This document shows, in pieces, positions 38,048 to 47,961 of a stretch of 64,000 nt of DNA; the first letter of the stretch is position 1, and the number at the start of each line of letters is the position of its first letter. A model generated the notes under the pieces. That model was given only the letters and a program-made list of their open reading frames with translations, was not told where the DNA came from and did not search any database. This stretch comes from an uncultured Muribaculaceae bacterium (lineage in GTDB: Bacteria > Bacillota_I > Bacilli_A > RF39 > UBA660), in contig CAYJKL010000002.1 in NCBI GenBank assembly GCA_964370755.1, positions 7,712 to 71,711 of the forward strand, given 5' to 3'. The position numbers and the translations under genes were made by a program.

Positions 38048-38674
38048 TTATTTTATGTCAATTCCGCCGAAGGCACATATACAGTCAATTGTTATAACTT
38101 TGCCTTTTGATGCTGTAGTAGTATTATCTATTCCTCCGAATATTGGAGTTCCTTTAACTTTTACAACTACATCTTCCGGTACTAATATTTCGATTCCTGC
38201 AAATAAACATGTACAAGTTATCGTAACATCTTCTTTGATAGTTGCTTTTCTAAGGTCAAGATCTACTGAACCAAATACACTTGTTATATTTAAATTCTCA
38301 AGTGTATCATTTACTGTGTTTGATGAACCAGAAAATACTGCAAGATAATCACTATTTTTTATATTTTTTGTATTAGGTTTGTTCCCGAATAATACTGAAA
38401 AACCAATTAATATGATTACTATAGGCCAAATTAGACTCCAGTTTAATACATCGTTTGATGCTAGAAGTAAGAATACTCCTATAATTATAGTAATTAGAGC
38501 TCCTTTAATTTCACCTTTTAATAAACTTACAATTCCTGGTACTATTATAAATAGTGTCCACCATCCATCAAAAAATACATCTAAATCCCAAATGTCTATT
38601 TGATTTCCTAAAAATATAACCCCTACTACAATTATTAGCAAACCTACTAACGTATTACTTTTCATAAACATCAC
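38048..38674 (-). CDS. LiaF-like membrane protein (N-terminal TMs + C-terminal DUF2154-type domain), putative cell-envelope stress sensor-accessory protein
   Basis: 4 TM helices, then VFGSVDLDL...AGIEILVPEDVVVKVKGTPIFGGID...CAFGGIDIK, typical of the LiaF/YvqF C-terminal domain. Confidence 0.6.
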   Translation of the reverse strand: MMFMKSNTLVGLLIIVVGVIFLGNQIDIWDLDVFFDGWWTLFIIVPGIVSLLKGEIKGALITIIIGVFLLLASNDVLNWSLIWPIVIILIGFSVLFGNKPNTKNIKNSDYLAVFSGSSNTVNDTLENLNITSVFGSVDLDLRKATIKEDVTITCTCLFAGIEILVPEDVVVKVKGTPIFGGIDNTTTASKGKVITIDCICAFGGIDIK

Positions 38675-38709
38675 TTCCTTTGTAACTATTATAACATAAA
38701 AAATGAAAA

Positions 38710-41247
38710 TTATATATTCTCATTTTTTATAGTTTCTAATATGTTTTGTTTATTTATTTTAGAAAGTGAAGTTCTCATAATTAAATTTATTATTAAAAAT
38801 ACAAATGTTACTGCTATAATTATGTATATCCAAGGAATATTGAAGTTACCTAGTAACTCTGATTTTCCAAGCATTTCGTATTTTTTCATTAAGTAGTATA
38901 GTAAGTATGCAAGCATTAAACCGATACTAAGTCCCCAAAATAATGCTTTTGTTCCGTAGAATATGCTTTCAAGTCGTATCATATTAATAAACTCTTTGTT
39001 TGTCATACCAATTGATTTTAACATAGCAAATTCTTTACTTCTAAGTTTCATGTTTGTTGTAATAGTGTTGAATATATTTGTTAGACTTATAAGTATTATT
39101 ACACCTATAAATCCGTATAAAAATATTCCGATTAATATAAGCATATTTTCTTGCATTTCGATGTACTCTTCCATGTTGTGAGTGTAGAAATTAACTGAAT
39201 TTTTTGTGTCATAATCAACAATTTCATTGTGTAATTCTTGAATGTTATTTGCTTTTAAATATAAGTATGTTACGTTACCGCTTGTACTTATTTCTTCAAA
39301 ATATTCATTTGATACGATAATTACTGGATATGAAGAGTAGTAATTTTCTCCGCCAAGTACTACACTATCTATTTCAATTAAATCTATATCAGTAATATAG
39401 GTATTATAATAATCGTAAATATTTATATTAGTGATATTTTCTTTTAGCAAATTAACCATTTCGGAATCGCCGTCTGTATTTACTATTTCATATGTGTTAT
39501 TTAAAATTATACCTTTATTATATACATCATGGTAATTTAGGTCATTGTCTTTTAGTATTTTTTGATACTCTTCTTCTCCTATTGATATTATTTCTACATT
39601 TGTCTCTTCCCTGAAATATTCATTATTTACACGACTATTTATGTTTTGTTCATCAGTTAAGAAAGTTTCTGTTGTATGTACTGAGTATCTATCTACATAT
39701 TTTGAATCTGCTAAATCTTTGAAAATATCTAGTTGTTCTTCATTAGTTATAGAAGTACCATTTACACTAACTACTAAGTCATATGTTGTTACTTTGTAAA
39801 TTTCTTCAGTTAAATCAAAGCCTATTTGCATAAAATATGATAATGAGATAAATATTGCAACACTTACAGCAAGTGATATTATTGTTGTTCTATATTTACT
39901 TTTATTTCTTTTCATATTTTTGTAGGCAAATACTCCTCCAATTTTAAATATTTTATTTATTATTTTTGGAACTTTTAATTTACTATTTTTTATTTTTATA
40001 TCTCTTTGATTTTTAATTGCTTCTATTTCAGTAATTTTACTTGCTTTTCTTGCGCTTCCTAGTGCAGAAAAATATATTGTTATACTTGCAAGTATTATAC
40101 TTATTATAATTGATGGTATTGAAATACTTACAATAAACTCAAATCCATCAAGTGTTGGAAGCAGTACATTTACAACATTTACTAGTGCATATGTTGCTAT
40201 AATTCCAAATATTATTCCTAGTGGTATTCCTACTAATCCTAGGTAAAAACCTTCTTTTAAAACTGATTTTTTTATTTGTTTTGGAGTTGCTCCTACACTT
40301 GATAACATACCATACATTTTTGTTTTTTCTGTTGTTGAAATTGCGAATGAATTTCTTATACAAAATATTGATGTTGCCATTATAATAAATGAGATTACTG
40401 CTGCAATTATGTAAAGAAATTCTCTAGTCATATCATCTGTGATATAACCACTCCATCTTAAATATTCTGAGTTATATGATATATTATATTTTCCATAACT
40501 ATTATCTGTTGTTACATCATTTATTTCATTTGTAATTGTTTCGAAATTACTAGGATCTTTGTATGTAACATGTACATTAATATTATTTGTAATATTTTCT
40601 TCATATGTATATACATTATAATAATAGTCTGTACTTAAAAATGTGTAATAGTTTGAAATACCTACTATTTTATAGTTTTTTGTTTCATTGATTTCAAAAG
40701 TTTCAAGTAAGTTTCCGTTTTCATCATAATTAGCTGGGTTGTGTTCATTTAATAATTCTCCATCTATATATCTGTTCCCAATATCTAGTGATATAGTATC
40801 TCCAATAGATACATTATACATATCAGAATAATATAAATCGATTACTATTTCATTTTCATTTTTTGGTACTCTACCCTCTGATATTATATTTTCCAAATCT
40901 AATAGTGCTTTATCATCTAAAGCTACTACACCTATATGTGATATATCTTCTTTTTGAGTTTTTAACGCTGTTTTATATCCAGTTATATAATGTGATTCAA
41001 TATCTTTGTGATTTTCAAATAAATTTAAGTCTTCTTTTGATACATCTTCAAAAGTTACATGTCTATTTCCATAACTTTTTAACGACTCTACCATAAGTGT
41101 TTCTTGGAAAGATATTATTAAACTCATAAGCGCTGTTATAAGTGCACATGATAACATTATACCAATTATTGTAACTATTGATCTTTGTCTATTAAGAAAT
41201 AAATTTTTCTTAGTTAATTTATTTAGTATATTCATAAGACTTTTCAT
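38710..41247 (-). CDS. ABC transporter permease, FtsX/MacB-BceB type (845 aa, two FtsX modules with a large extracytoplasmic domain)
   Basis: N- and C-terminal 4-TM FtsX-like blocks (…GMLSSVGATPKQIKKSVLKEGFYLG… and …LKSIGMTNKEFINMIRLESIFYG…). Overlaps the ATPase gene. Confidence 0.85.
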   Translation of the reverse strand: MKSLMNILNKLTKKNLFLNRQRSIVTIIGIMLSCALITALMSLIISFQETLMVESLKSYGNRHVTFEDVSKEDLNLFENHKDIESHYITGYKTALKTQKEDISHIGVVALDDKALLDLENIISEGRVPKNENEIVIDLYYSDMYNVSIGDTISLDIGNRYIDGELLNEHNPANYDENGNLLETFEINETKNYKIVGISNYYTFLSTDYYYNVYTYEENITNNINVHVTYKDPSNFETITNEINDVTTDNSYGKYNISYNSEYLRWSGYITDDMTREFLYIIAAVISFIIMATSIFCIRNSFAISTTEKTKMYGMLSSVGATPKQIKKSVLKEGFYLGLVGIPLGIIFGIIATYALVNVVNVLLPTLDGFEFIVSISIPSIIISIILASITIYFSALGSARKASKITEIEAIKNQRDIKIKNSKLKVPKIINKIFKIGGVFAYKNMKRNKSKYRTTIISLAVSVAIFISLSYFMQIGFDLTEEIYKVTTYDLVVSVNGTSITNEEQLDIFKDLADSKYVDRYSVHTTETFLTDEQNINSRVNNEYFREETNVEIISIGEEEYQKILKDNDLNYHDVYNKGIILNNTYEIVNTDGDSEMVNLLKENITNINIYDYYNTYITDIDLIEIDSVVLGGENYYSSYPVIIVSNEYFEEISTSGNVTYLYLKANNIQELHNEIVDYDTKNSVNFYTHNMEEYIEMQENMLILIGIFLYGFIGVIILISLTNIFNTITTNMKLRSKEFAMLKSIGMTNKEFINMIRLESIFYGTKALFWGLSIGLMLAYLLYYLMKKYEMLGKSELLGNFNIPWIYIIIAVTFVFLIINLIMRTSLSKINKQNILETIKNENI

Positions 41248-41911
41248 CCTTTATTATTTTACCATCTGATATAGTAATAATTCTGTCAGCGCTTTTTGCT
41301 ATTTCTAAATCATGTGTAATCATGATAATTGTTTGTTTATACTTTTCATTTGATAGTCTTAATAGAGATATTATTTCTTCACTATTTTTTTTATCTAGAT
41401 TTCCAGTTGGTTCGTCCGCTAAAATTATAGCAGGTGTATTAATAAGAGCTCTACCTATTGATACTCTTTGTTGCTCTCCTCCTGATAACTCATTTGGTAA
41501 ATGATTTAATCTTTTACTCAGTCCAAGTGTAGATATAAGTTCTTCTAACTTTTTATTATCAGGTTTAATATTATCTAAATCCCTTGGAAGTGTGATATTT
41601 TCTTTAACTGTTAATATAGGAAGTAAATTATAAAACTGATAAATAAGTCCTATTTGTCTTCTTCTAAATATTGATAATTTTTCTCTTGATAAAGAGTATA
41701 TATCAGTTCCATCTATAAACACCTTTCCACTTGTTGGTTTATCCACTCCTCCAAGCAAATGCAGTAGTGTTGATTTTCCTGAACCAGATGAACCGACTAT
41801 CGCAACAAACTCTCCTTGTGTTACACTAAAACTTGTATTGTTTACTGCTTTGATTTTATTATCTCCAGTAACATACTCTTTTACTAAATTTTCTACTTTA
41901 AGTATTTCCAT
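41219..41911 (-). CDS. ABC transporter ATP-binding protein (MacB/BceA type)
   Basis: Walker A GSSGSGKST, Q-loop, signature LSGGEQQRVSIGRAL, and Walker B ILADEPTGNLD. The likely true start is MEILKV with RBS AGAGGG. The ORF-track 5' extension is unsupported. Confidence 0.9.
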   Translation of the reverse strand: MEILKVENLVKEYVTGDNKIKAVNNTSFSVTQGEFVAIVGSSGSGKSTLLHLLGGVDKPTSGKVFIDGTDIYSLSREKLSIFRRRQIGLIYQFYNLLPILTVKENITLPRDLDNIKPDNKKLEELISTLGLSKRLNHLPNELSGGEQQRVSIGRALINTPAIILADEPTGNLDKKNSEEIISLLRLSNEKYKQTIIMITHDLEIAKSADRIITISDGKIIKDEKSYEYTK

Positions 41912-41984
41912 ATAAATCCCTCTTTCATAATTAGTATAGCAAACTAAAGTGACTTTATAGTGACTTTTGTAAAAAAAGAGAAAA

Positions 41985-42545
41985 TTAATTCTCTCTTTCA
42001 ATTCTTTCTCTTACTGGGTTATCTTCAAAGTTATTTATTCTTAAGTTTACGTTATCCAGAAGTTCATTTGCAAGTGTAAGATATTTAGCATGATAACTAA
42101 ACTGTTCTTTTGCCATTTCTGATTCTATCATATATCTTATTAAATTTTCTAGCGCTTGTTTTAACATTATTAAACTAAGTATATAAATTGGTGAAGTAAC
42201 TACATAAGTTAATATTTTTAACCACTCATATTGTAATTCTCTTGTTATTAAATATAATACTGCTGATACTCCTACTGATTTAGCTGCAAGTGGAAAATAG
42301 AACTCCATTCCTTTTTCTTTTCTTTTTACTAAATTATATTGCTCATTATTAGCGTAATCTATATCTTTTTTCGAGTTTGAAACAACCTCTTTTATAAGTT
42401 CTAAATTTTCTTTTGTAAATTCAACTTCTTCCATCATGTTATTGTCATATATTATTTTTATTTTTTCATTTCCATATCTTATTTTCTTTATAAATATATT
42501 AGGTTCCACAAAATTCACTTCCTTTTGAGAAGTATTATAGCACAT
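41985..42545 (-). CDS. Hypothetical 186-aa protein with 2 TM helices
   Basis: ORF only; no family recognised. Confidence 0.45.
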   Translation of the reverse strand: MCYNTSQKEVNFVEPNIFIKKIRYGNEKIKIIYDNNMMEEVEFTKENLELIKEVVSNSKKDIDYANNEQYNLVKRKEKGMEFYFPLAAKSVGVSAVLYLITRELQYEWLKILTYVVTSPIYILSLIMLKQALENLIRYMIESEMAKEQFSYHAKYLTLANELLDNVNLRINNFEDNPVRERIEREN

Positions 42546-42581
42546 ATATCACAAAAAAACTAATTTAATTTCTTAAACTAG

Positions 42582-43883
42582 TTAATCATTTTTATTTTCA
42601 AACTTAATTATTATTGGTGTTCCAGTTAAATCAAAACTTTCTCTGATTTTGTTTTCTAAGTATCTTTCATAACTAAAATGTACTAAACCTTTTGAGTTAA
42701 CATCTAAAACAAGTTTAGGTGGTGCGCTTGATACTTGCTTAACAAAATATATTTTAAGTCTTTTACCTTTATAAGATGGAGCTGGATGTAAATCGTATGC
42801 TTCATTTATAACATTATTTATAGTACTTGTTTTTAATACTTTATTATGATTTTCATATGCTCTTATTATTTCAGGCATAAGTGTATGCATTCTTTTTTTA
42901 GTAAGTGCTGATAAGTATACTTTTTTAGCATATGGAGCAAATTTAAATTCTTCATCAAGTAACATATTCCATCTTCTAAGTTCGGAATTAGGATCGTTTA
43001 TAGTGTCCCATTTATTTACACATATTACTACTGCTTTACCAGCTTCTATTGCATAAGATAAAATATGTTTATCATGTTCTATAACGCCTTCTTCAGCATT
43101 TATAATAAGTACACAAACATTACTTCTTTCAATAGCTTTCATACTACGTATTAAACTATATTTTTCTATGTTTTCGTAAATTTTTCCTTTTTTACGCATT
43201 CCTGCTGTATCTATTATAGTGTACTCTTCATTATTATATTTAAATTTGGTATCTATTGCGTCTCTTGTTGTTCCTGCAACATCAGATACGATTACTCTAT
43301 CTTCTCCAAGCATTGCATTAACAAGACTTGATTTACCTACATTTGGTCTTCCGATAAAACAAAATTTAAGTGTTCCATCATCTTCCGGAATATATTTTTC
43401 TGCACCTTCTGTAATTTCTTTTAAAAGTTCATCAAAACCTATATTATGCTCTGCAGATACACCAAATACTTTAGCAAATCCAAGTTCATAATAATTATAA
43501 ATATTTTCATTTCTTCTGGCATTATCCATTTTATTTACGATTATTATAACTTCTTTATTCGCTTTTCTAAGTAAGTCTCTTACAAAGTAATCACTTGCAT
43601 CAAGGTCTTCTAAACCATCTACTACAAATAAAATTTTATCTGCTTCATTTATAGCAATTTCTGCTTGCATTACGATATTTTTATTTACTTCTTCACCACT
43701 TACTTCGATACCACCTGTATCAACTAAATTAAATGATTTTTCATCATAAGTAACCATTCCATATACTCTATCACGAGTTATACCTGGAGTATCTAAGATT
43801 ATTGATTTTTTTTCTTTAATTAATCTATTAAAAATTGTAGATTTACCTACATTAGGTTTTCCTATTAAACATGCAGTTAACAT
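42582..43883 (-). CDS. der: Ribosome-biogenesis GTPase Der (EngA), tandem GTPase domains + KH
   Basis: GKPNVGKSTIFNRL and a second GRPNVGKSSLVNAM P-loop, with DTPG/DTAG motifs. Confidence 0.95.
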   Translation of the reverse strand: MLTACLIGKPNVGKSTIFNRLIKEKKSIILDTPGITRDRVYGMVTYDEKSFNLVDTGGIEVSGEEVNKNIVMQAEIAINEADKILFVVDGLEDLDASDYFVRDLLRKANKEVIIIVNKMDNARRNENIYNYYELGFAKVFGVSAEHNIGFDELLKEITEGAEKYIPEDDGTLKFCFIGRPNVGKSSLVNAMLGEDRVIVSDVAGTTRDAIDTKFKYNNEEYTIIDTAGMRKKGKIYENIEKYSLIRSMKAIERSNVCVLIINAEEGVIEHDKHILSYAIEAGKAVVICVNKWDTINDPNSELRRWNMLLDEEFKFAPYAKKVYLSALTKKRMHTLMPEIIRAYENHNKVLKTSTINNVINEAYDLHPAPSYKGKRLKIYFVKQVSSAPPKLVLDVNSKGLVHFSYERYLENKIRESFDLTGTPIIIKFENKND

Positions 43884-43910
43884 ATTATCCCCTCCTTCTT
43901 TCTTATTTTT

Positions 43911-44483
43911 TTATAAAAAACTTTCTATTATATCGTGAACTTCAGCTTTGCCTTTTTTACTTATTGTTGAAAATGGAACGAAATCTTCTATACCAAGAGT
44001 TTCTCTTATCATTTTATCATGCTTTAGTCTGTTATTTTTAGTAACTTTATCATATTTAGTTGCTATTACTGTAATATCTTTTTCGTAAAACTTTAAAAAA
44101 TTATACATTAGTCTGTCATCTTCAGTTGGTTTGTGACGATAATCAACAAGTAAAAATACTTTTCTTAAACTTTCTCTATTTTTAAGATAATCTTCGATCA
44201 TTAAACCATATTTTTTTTGAGAATCTTTACCTGTTGCAGCATAACCATATCCTGGTACGTCTACTAAGTAAAACTCTTTATTAATTTCATAAAAATTAAG
44301 TGTTTGTGTTTTACCAGGTTTTGAAGATGTTCTGGCAAAGTTTTTTCTTTCCATTAATATATTAATGAAACTACTTTTACCTACATTACTTCTTCCTACT
44401 AATAAAAACTCAGGCTTTATATCTTCTGGATATTGACTAAGTCTAACGGCAATTACCGGTTCTTCAACATTTTTAATTTGCAT
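43911..44483 (-). CDS. engB: Ribosome-biogenesis GTPase YsxC/EngB
   Basis: VGRSNVGKSSFIN P-loop and VDVPGYGYA switch. 190 aa. Confidence 0.9.
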   Translation of the reverse strand: MQIKNVEEPVIAVRLSQYPEDIKPEFLLVGRSNVGKSSFINILMERKNFARTSSKPGKTQTLNFYEINKEFYLVDVPGYGYAATGKDSQKKYGLMIEDYLKNRESLRKVFLLVDYRHKPTEDDRLMYNFLKFYEKDITVIATKYDKVTKNNRLKHDKMIRETLGIEDFVPFSTISKKGKAEVHDIIESFL

Positions 44484-44563
44484 AAATGCACCTCACAACA
44501 CATATTATAAGATAAAAACATAAAAAAAGCAAATTTTTAATTCAAAATGTGCTTTATTTGTTA

Positions 44564-45181
44564 CTATTTTTCTTTTATTCTTTCCCATGCTCCTAATGCA
44601 TTATCTTTTATATCTGTTGCTGTGTCAATTCCAAATTCTGTAATTGCGTCTATATCATCTTGATGCTCGTAGTAAAAGTCTTTCATAGATTCTTTTACCG
44701 CTTGTTCTTTTTCATATAGATAATAGCCGAAATCTTCGATTGCCTGCGCAGGGTCTTCTTTTACGGCATTGTATGCATTCATGATTGCTTCAATTACTTC
44801 GCTTGCTTTTTCTTTAGCAGCATCTGTTAAGTCACTAAAGTAATATCCATTAATTTCTGTTTTTCCTGCAAAAAAGTCTAAGACAAATATTAAATCTTCT
44901 TCTGCTGAATCTAAGAATGATTCAGTTCCGTCTGCTAGAGCTTCTGTGATTTGATTTTCTTTTTCACGCAACGTTTCTAAAACACTTTCTTCTGGAGATA
45001 CGGTTTCTGTTGGTACTGGAAATGGTGTTTCGATTGTAACTGGAGTTTCAACTGCAATACTTGGTGTATTTACTGGAGTACTTTCTTCTTTAGTACACCC
45101 CGTTGCTAAACTTATTATATTAACTACTACAAGATATAAGGCTATTCTACATTTATTTATTTCTATTAATTTTTTTGACAT
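44564..45181 (-). CDS. Acidic lipoprotein (lipobox LATGC), hypothetical
   Basis: Start reassigned to MSKKLIEINKC... with RBS AAAGGGGA. Lipobox at residues ~25-29. Confidence 0.55.
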   Translation of the reverse strand: MSKKLIEINKCRIALYLVVVNIISLATGCTKEESTPVNTPSIAVETPVTIETPFPVPTETVSPEESVLETLREKENQITEALADGTESFLDSAEEDLIFVLDFFAGKTEINGYYFSDLTDAAKEKASEVIEAIMNAYNAVKEDPAQAIEDFGYYLYEKEQAVKESMKDFYYEHQDDIDAITEFGIDTATDIKDNALGAWERIKEK

Positions 45182-45246
45182 AATTTCCCCTTTCAGAGTT
45201 AGTCTATTATATATCATTTTAGCGTAAAAGTCTACTATAAATATAT

Positions 45247-45693
45247 CTAATTTAATTTTGCTTTTAATTCATTAATTCTACTTAATGATAGTCTTTTTTT
45301 ATCGCTTAATGAGTCATATCTTCTGTCATATGAATCACTTTCTTTATCTAGACTACTTATATCACTTCTAATGTTTGAATAATTTTGTTCTTCATTAATT
45401 AAACTTTCTATATTATTTAATACTTCTTGATATTCAGTTATTGCACTTTTTAACTCTACATATCTTTCATTAACCATTTTTCCTAGAGCATCAGAAAAAG
45501 GTTTACTTACAAGTCCTGTATTTCCGATAACTGTCCAATCTTGTGATGAATTTACCAAAGTATATAAATTATTTAATTTTATTGATGTACAGTTATTGTC
45601 TATTTCTATTATCCTATTTCTAAGAGTGTTTACTTCATTTATGTCCATAATTATTTTCTTACCTTCCTTATGTATTAATTCACTTTCTATCAA
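45247..45693 (-). CDS. Hypothetical coiled-coil protein (148 aa)
   Basis: ORF only. Confidence 0.45.
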   Translation of the reverse strand: MIESELIHKEGKKIIMDINEVNTLRNRIIEIDNNCTSIKLNNLYTLVNSSQDWTVIGNTGLVSKPFSDALGKMVNERYVELKSAITEYQEVLNNIESLINEEQNYSNIRSDISSLDKESDSYDRRYDSLSDKKRLSLSRINELKAKLN

Positions 45694-45736
45694 TTAATTG
45701 TTGTCTATTCTTTTTAATTATACCACTTTCGTTTTT

Positions 45737-45762
45737 TGATATCAATAACAATTTTGTTATTG
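45737..45762. promoter_or_regulatory. Overlapping perfect palindromes TTGATATCAA and CAATAACAA-TT-TTGTTATTG in a divergent intergenic region
   Basis: Read directly from the sequence. Candidate operator between the divergent 148-aa and 134-aa genes. Confidence 0.4.
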
Positions 45763-45834
45763 CATACTTTCTTGTAATAATTTGTGCAAAAGTCTAGGAT
45801 GCATGTTATAATAGTTTAGAAAGAAGATGATTAT

Positions 45835-46239
45835 ATGCTAAGTTTATTTACTCCTCCAACTGGAATAGATTTAATTTTTTTAATTTTGTTTTATTTGGTT
45901 ACTATTGGGTTAATATATTTTTTTCAAGTAAAAGTTTTGAAAGATAGATGTAAAAAGAATTTTGTGATTTTATTGTCTATTGAAATTTTGGTACTACTTG
46001 TACATATAATGCTTTTTAATTTCGATAACTTACCATTGTTTATTAAAGAAAATTCGCCTGAAGTTATATTTTTATATTTGTTTTTACTTTCATATTATAC
46101 ATTTTTTATGTATGGATTGTTTTTTATAACTTCGTTAGTGATTTATTTTAGAAAACCCTTTGGCTTTGATTTTAAGAAAAACATTATTTTATTTTCTGTA
46201 GCTGGTTTGATTGGTTTATTTTTTGGAATTCTGTCTTGA
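45835..46239 (+). CDS. Hypothetical membrane protein (4 TM, 134 aa)
   Basis: ORF with hydrophobic helices. Confidence 0.45.
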   Translation: MLSLFTPPTGIDLIFLILFYLVTIGLIYFFQVKVLKDRCKKNFVILLSIEILVLLVHIMLFNFDNLPLFIKENSPEVIFLYLFLLSYYTFFMYGLFFITSLVIYFRKPFGFDFKKNIILFSVAGLIGLFFGILS

Positions 46240-46240
46240 C

Positions 46241-46570
46241 TTAAGTAAATAAATATTTAAATACATTTACAAGTTCTAAAGCTCCATCTGTTATTATTGT
46301 GATTACTCCGTTATTTATTTTCTCACCTGCTTTTGTGAATCCATTTGAGTAATCTTTTATTTCTTTTTCAACGTAGTTTTTTACATCTACTTCTTCTCCA
46401 TTTAGTACATCCTCTTCAAATCTATTAATTGCTTCTTCTGTAAGGATTGTATCGTTTCTGATACTTGCTTCATGATACCCACTTTCTCCTATAATATATA
46501 CAAATATAAAAATTATAAATAAGAGTTTTACTGTTATCATAAAGTAATTTCTCTTTTTTTTATTATCCAC
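46241..46570 (-). CDS. Small membrane-anchored protein, possibly YqxA-like (DUF3679) by synteny downstream of spoIIP
   Basis: 109 aa with an N-terminal TM. 8-nt overlap with the spoIIP stop. B. subtilis has yqxA immediately downstream of spoIIP. Confidence 0.4.
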   Translation of the reverse strand: MDNKKKRNYFMITVKLLFIIFIFVYIIGESGYHEASIRNDTILTEEAINRFEEDVLNGEEVDVKNYVEKEIKDYSNGFTKAGEKINNGVITIITDGALELVNVFKYLFT

Positions 46571-47459
46571 TGTTAACCACCTTTCTAAAACTTTCTGCTA
46601 GATATGCTAAAGAGCAATTTACTTCTTCAATACTGTTATACTGACCACCTACTTCAATTAATATTGCATTTAGGTGTAAATCTTGATTGTATATTCCGTT
46701 TACGTTGCTTCCGCTTTTACCCAATACTCCTCTTGTGAAGTTCGGATGTATTTTATTAAGTTCATCATTTAATTTATTTGAAAGTTCTAAGTTAGTACTA
46801 AATGTTGGATTATCTTCTCCTACTATAAACATAAATCTTGCACACTGTTTTCCGTCAATATTTACTGTAGTAATATCATAACTTGCTGAATCTCTATGTA
46901 TATCAATATAGTAGTTTATCGTTGGATAGTTTGTTATAGCGTCTTCTAGTAAGAATCTACTTGCATCATAACTTTTAGAATAACTCCAAGAGTTTGCTCT
47001 TAGAATGTCTACTGGATTATTTTCTTCTACTACTGCGTATATTTCTTCATCTTTTAAATATTCTTTAAAAATGTATGAAGCAGTTATTACTGTTGGGTTT
47101 ATATTAAATGCTTCAAATGATTCATAAGTATACTCTTCTGTTGTATGTGTGTTATATATGTATACAAGTGGGTTATTTATTACTATAGGGGTATCTTCTT
47201 CTTTAATTACAGGCTCACTTTCTAAAAATTCATAACCAAAGGCATAACTAAATATAAATTCAGGAGTATTTAGTTTATCTAGATTTATTTCATTATTATT
47301 TAGAATGTATGAAACTACTTTTTCATTATTTAAGTTTATTACTAATTTGTCTAATAGAAATATAACTATAAAAGAAAATGTAAAACAAAAAATTATTACT
47401 GTACTTAGTAATTTTAAGAATATTTTTTTTCTTTTTTTTGCTTTAAAACGTCTTCTCAT
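46563..47459 (-). CDS. spoIIP: Stage II sporulation protein P (SpoIIP-family cell wall amidase/endopeptidase)
   Basis: N-terminal TM. IYNTHTTEEY (SpoIIP IYHTHT motif), YIDIHRD, and GIYNQDLHLNAILIEVGG. Confidence 0.78.
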   Translation of the reverse strand: MRRRFKAKKRKKIFLKLLSTVIIFCFTFSFIVIFLLDKLVINLNNEKVVSYILNNNEINLDKLNTPEFIFSYAFGYEFLESEPVIKEEDTPIVINNPLVYIYNTHTTEEYTYESFEAFNINPTVITASYIFKEYLKDEEIYAVVEENNPVDILRANSWSYSKSYDASRFLLEDAITNYPTINYYIDIHRDSASYDITTVNIDGKQCARFMFIVGEDNPTFSTNLELSNKLNDELNKIHPNFTRGVLGKSGSNVNGIYNQDLHLNAILIEVGGQYNSIEEVNCSLAYLAESFRKVVNSG

Positions 47460-47580
47460 ATACCCTCTTTTATCAAATTATACATAAAATAGTATAAAAA
47501 TTATGTCATTTTAACTGTTTTACTTGAAAATTGTTTAAAAGTTTGATAAAATTAATTGACACGAAGGAAGGAGATTAAGT

Positions 47581-47847
47581 ATGGCTAATATTAAAAGTTC
47601 TAAAAAAGCTATAAAAGTTATTGCGAAAAAAACTCAAAATAACCATGAAGCTAAAGCTAGAGTGCACAACTTAATTAAGAACTTAGAAAAAGCTATTGCT
47701 GCTAAAGATAGCGAAAAAGCAAATAGTTTATTAAAAGATTTACAAAAATATACTGATAAAGCAGTTTCAAAAGGTTTAATATCTAAAAACACTGGAGCTC
47801 GTCAAAAATCAAGATTAAATAATAAAGTAAAAAATATAAATAACTAA
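47581..47847 (+). CDS. rpsT: 30S ribosomal protein S20
   Basis: MANIKSSKKAIKVIAKKTQNNHEAKARV... is a canonical S20. RBS GGAAGGAG. Confidence 0.95.
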   Translation: MANIKSSKKAIKVIAKKTQNNHEAKARVHNLIKNLEKAIAAKDSEKANSLLKDLQKYTDKAVSKGLISKNTGARQKSRLNNKVKNINN

Positions 47848-47848
47848 G

Positions 47849-47871
47849 ACCAATCACTAATTGGTTTTTTT
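47849..47871 (+). terminator. Rho-independent terminator of rpsT (ACCAAT-CACTA-ATTGGT + T7)
   Basis: Read directly from the sequence. Confidence 0.7.
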
Positions 47872-47961
47872 ATTTGCAAAATTTTAGTAAATAAGCATTT
47901 AATCTTGTTATATTAATTGCGTGCATTAATTATATTTGATATTATATATAAGGAGATGCTT

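Noticed and set aside
40148-40363. 71-aa minus-strand ORF inside the FtsX permease gene
   Set aside because: Same strand but out of frame within a convincing 845-aa permease; a K/R/N-rich translation artefact.
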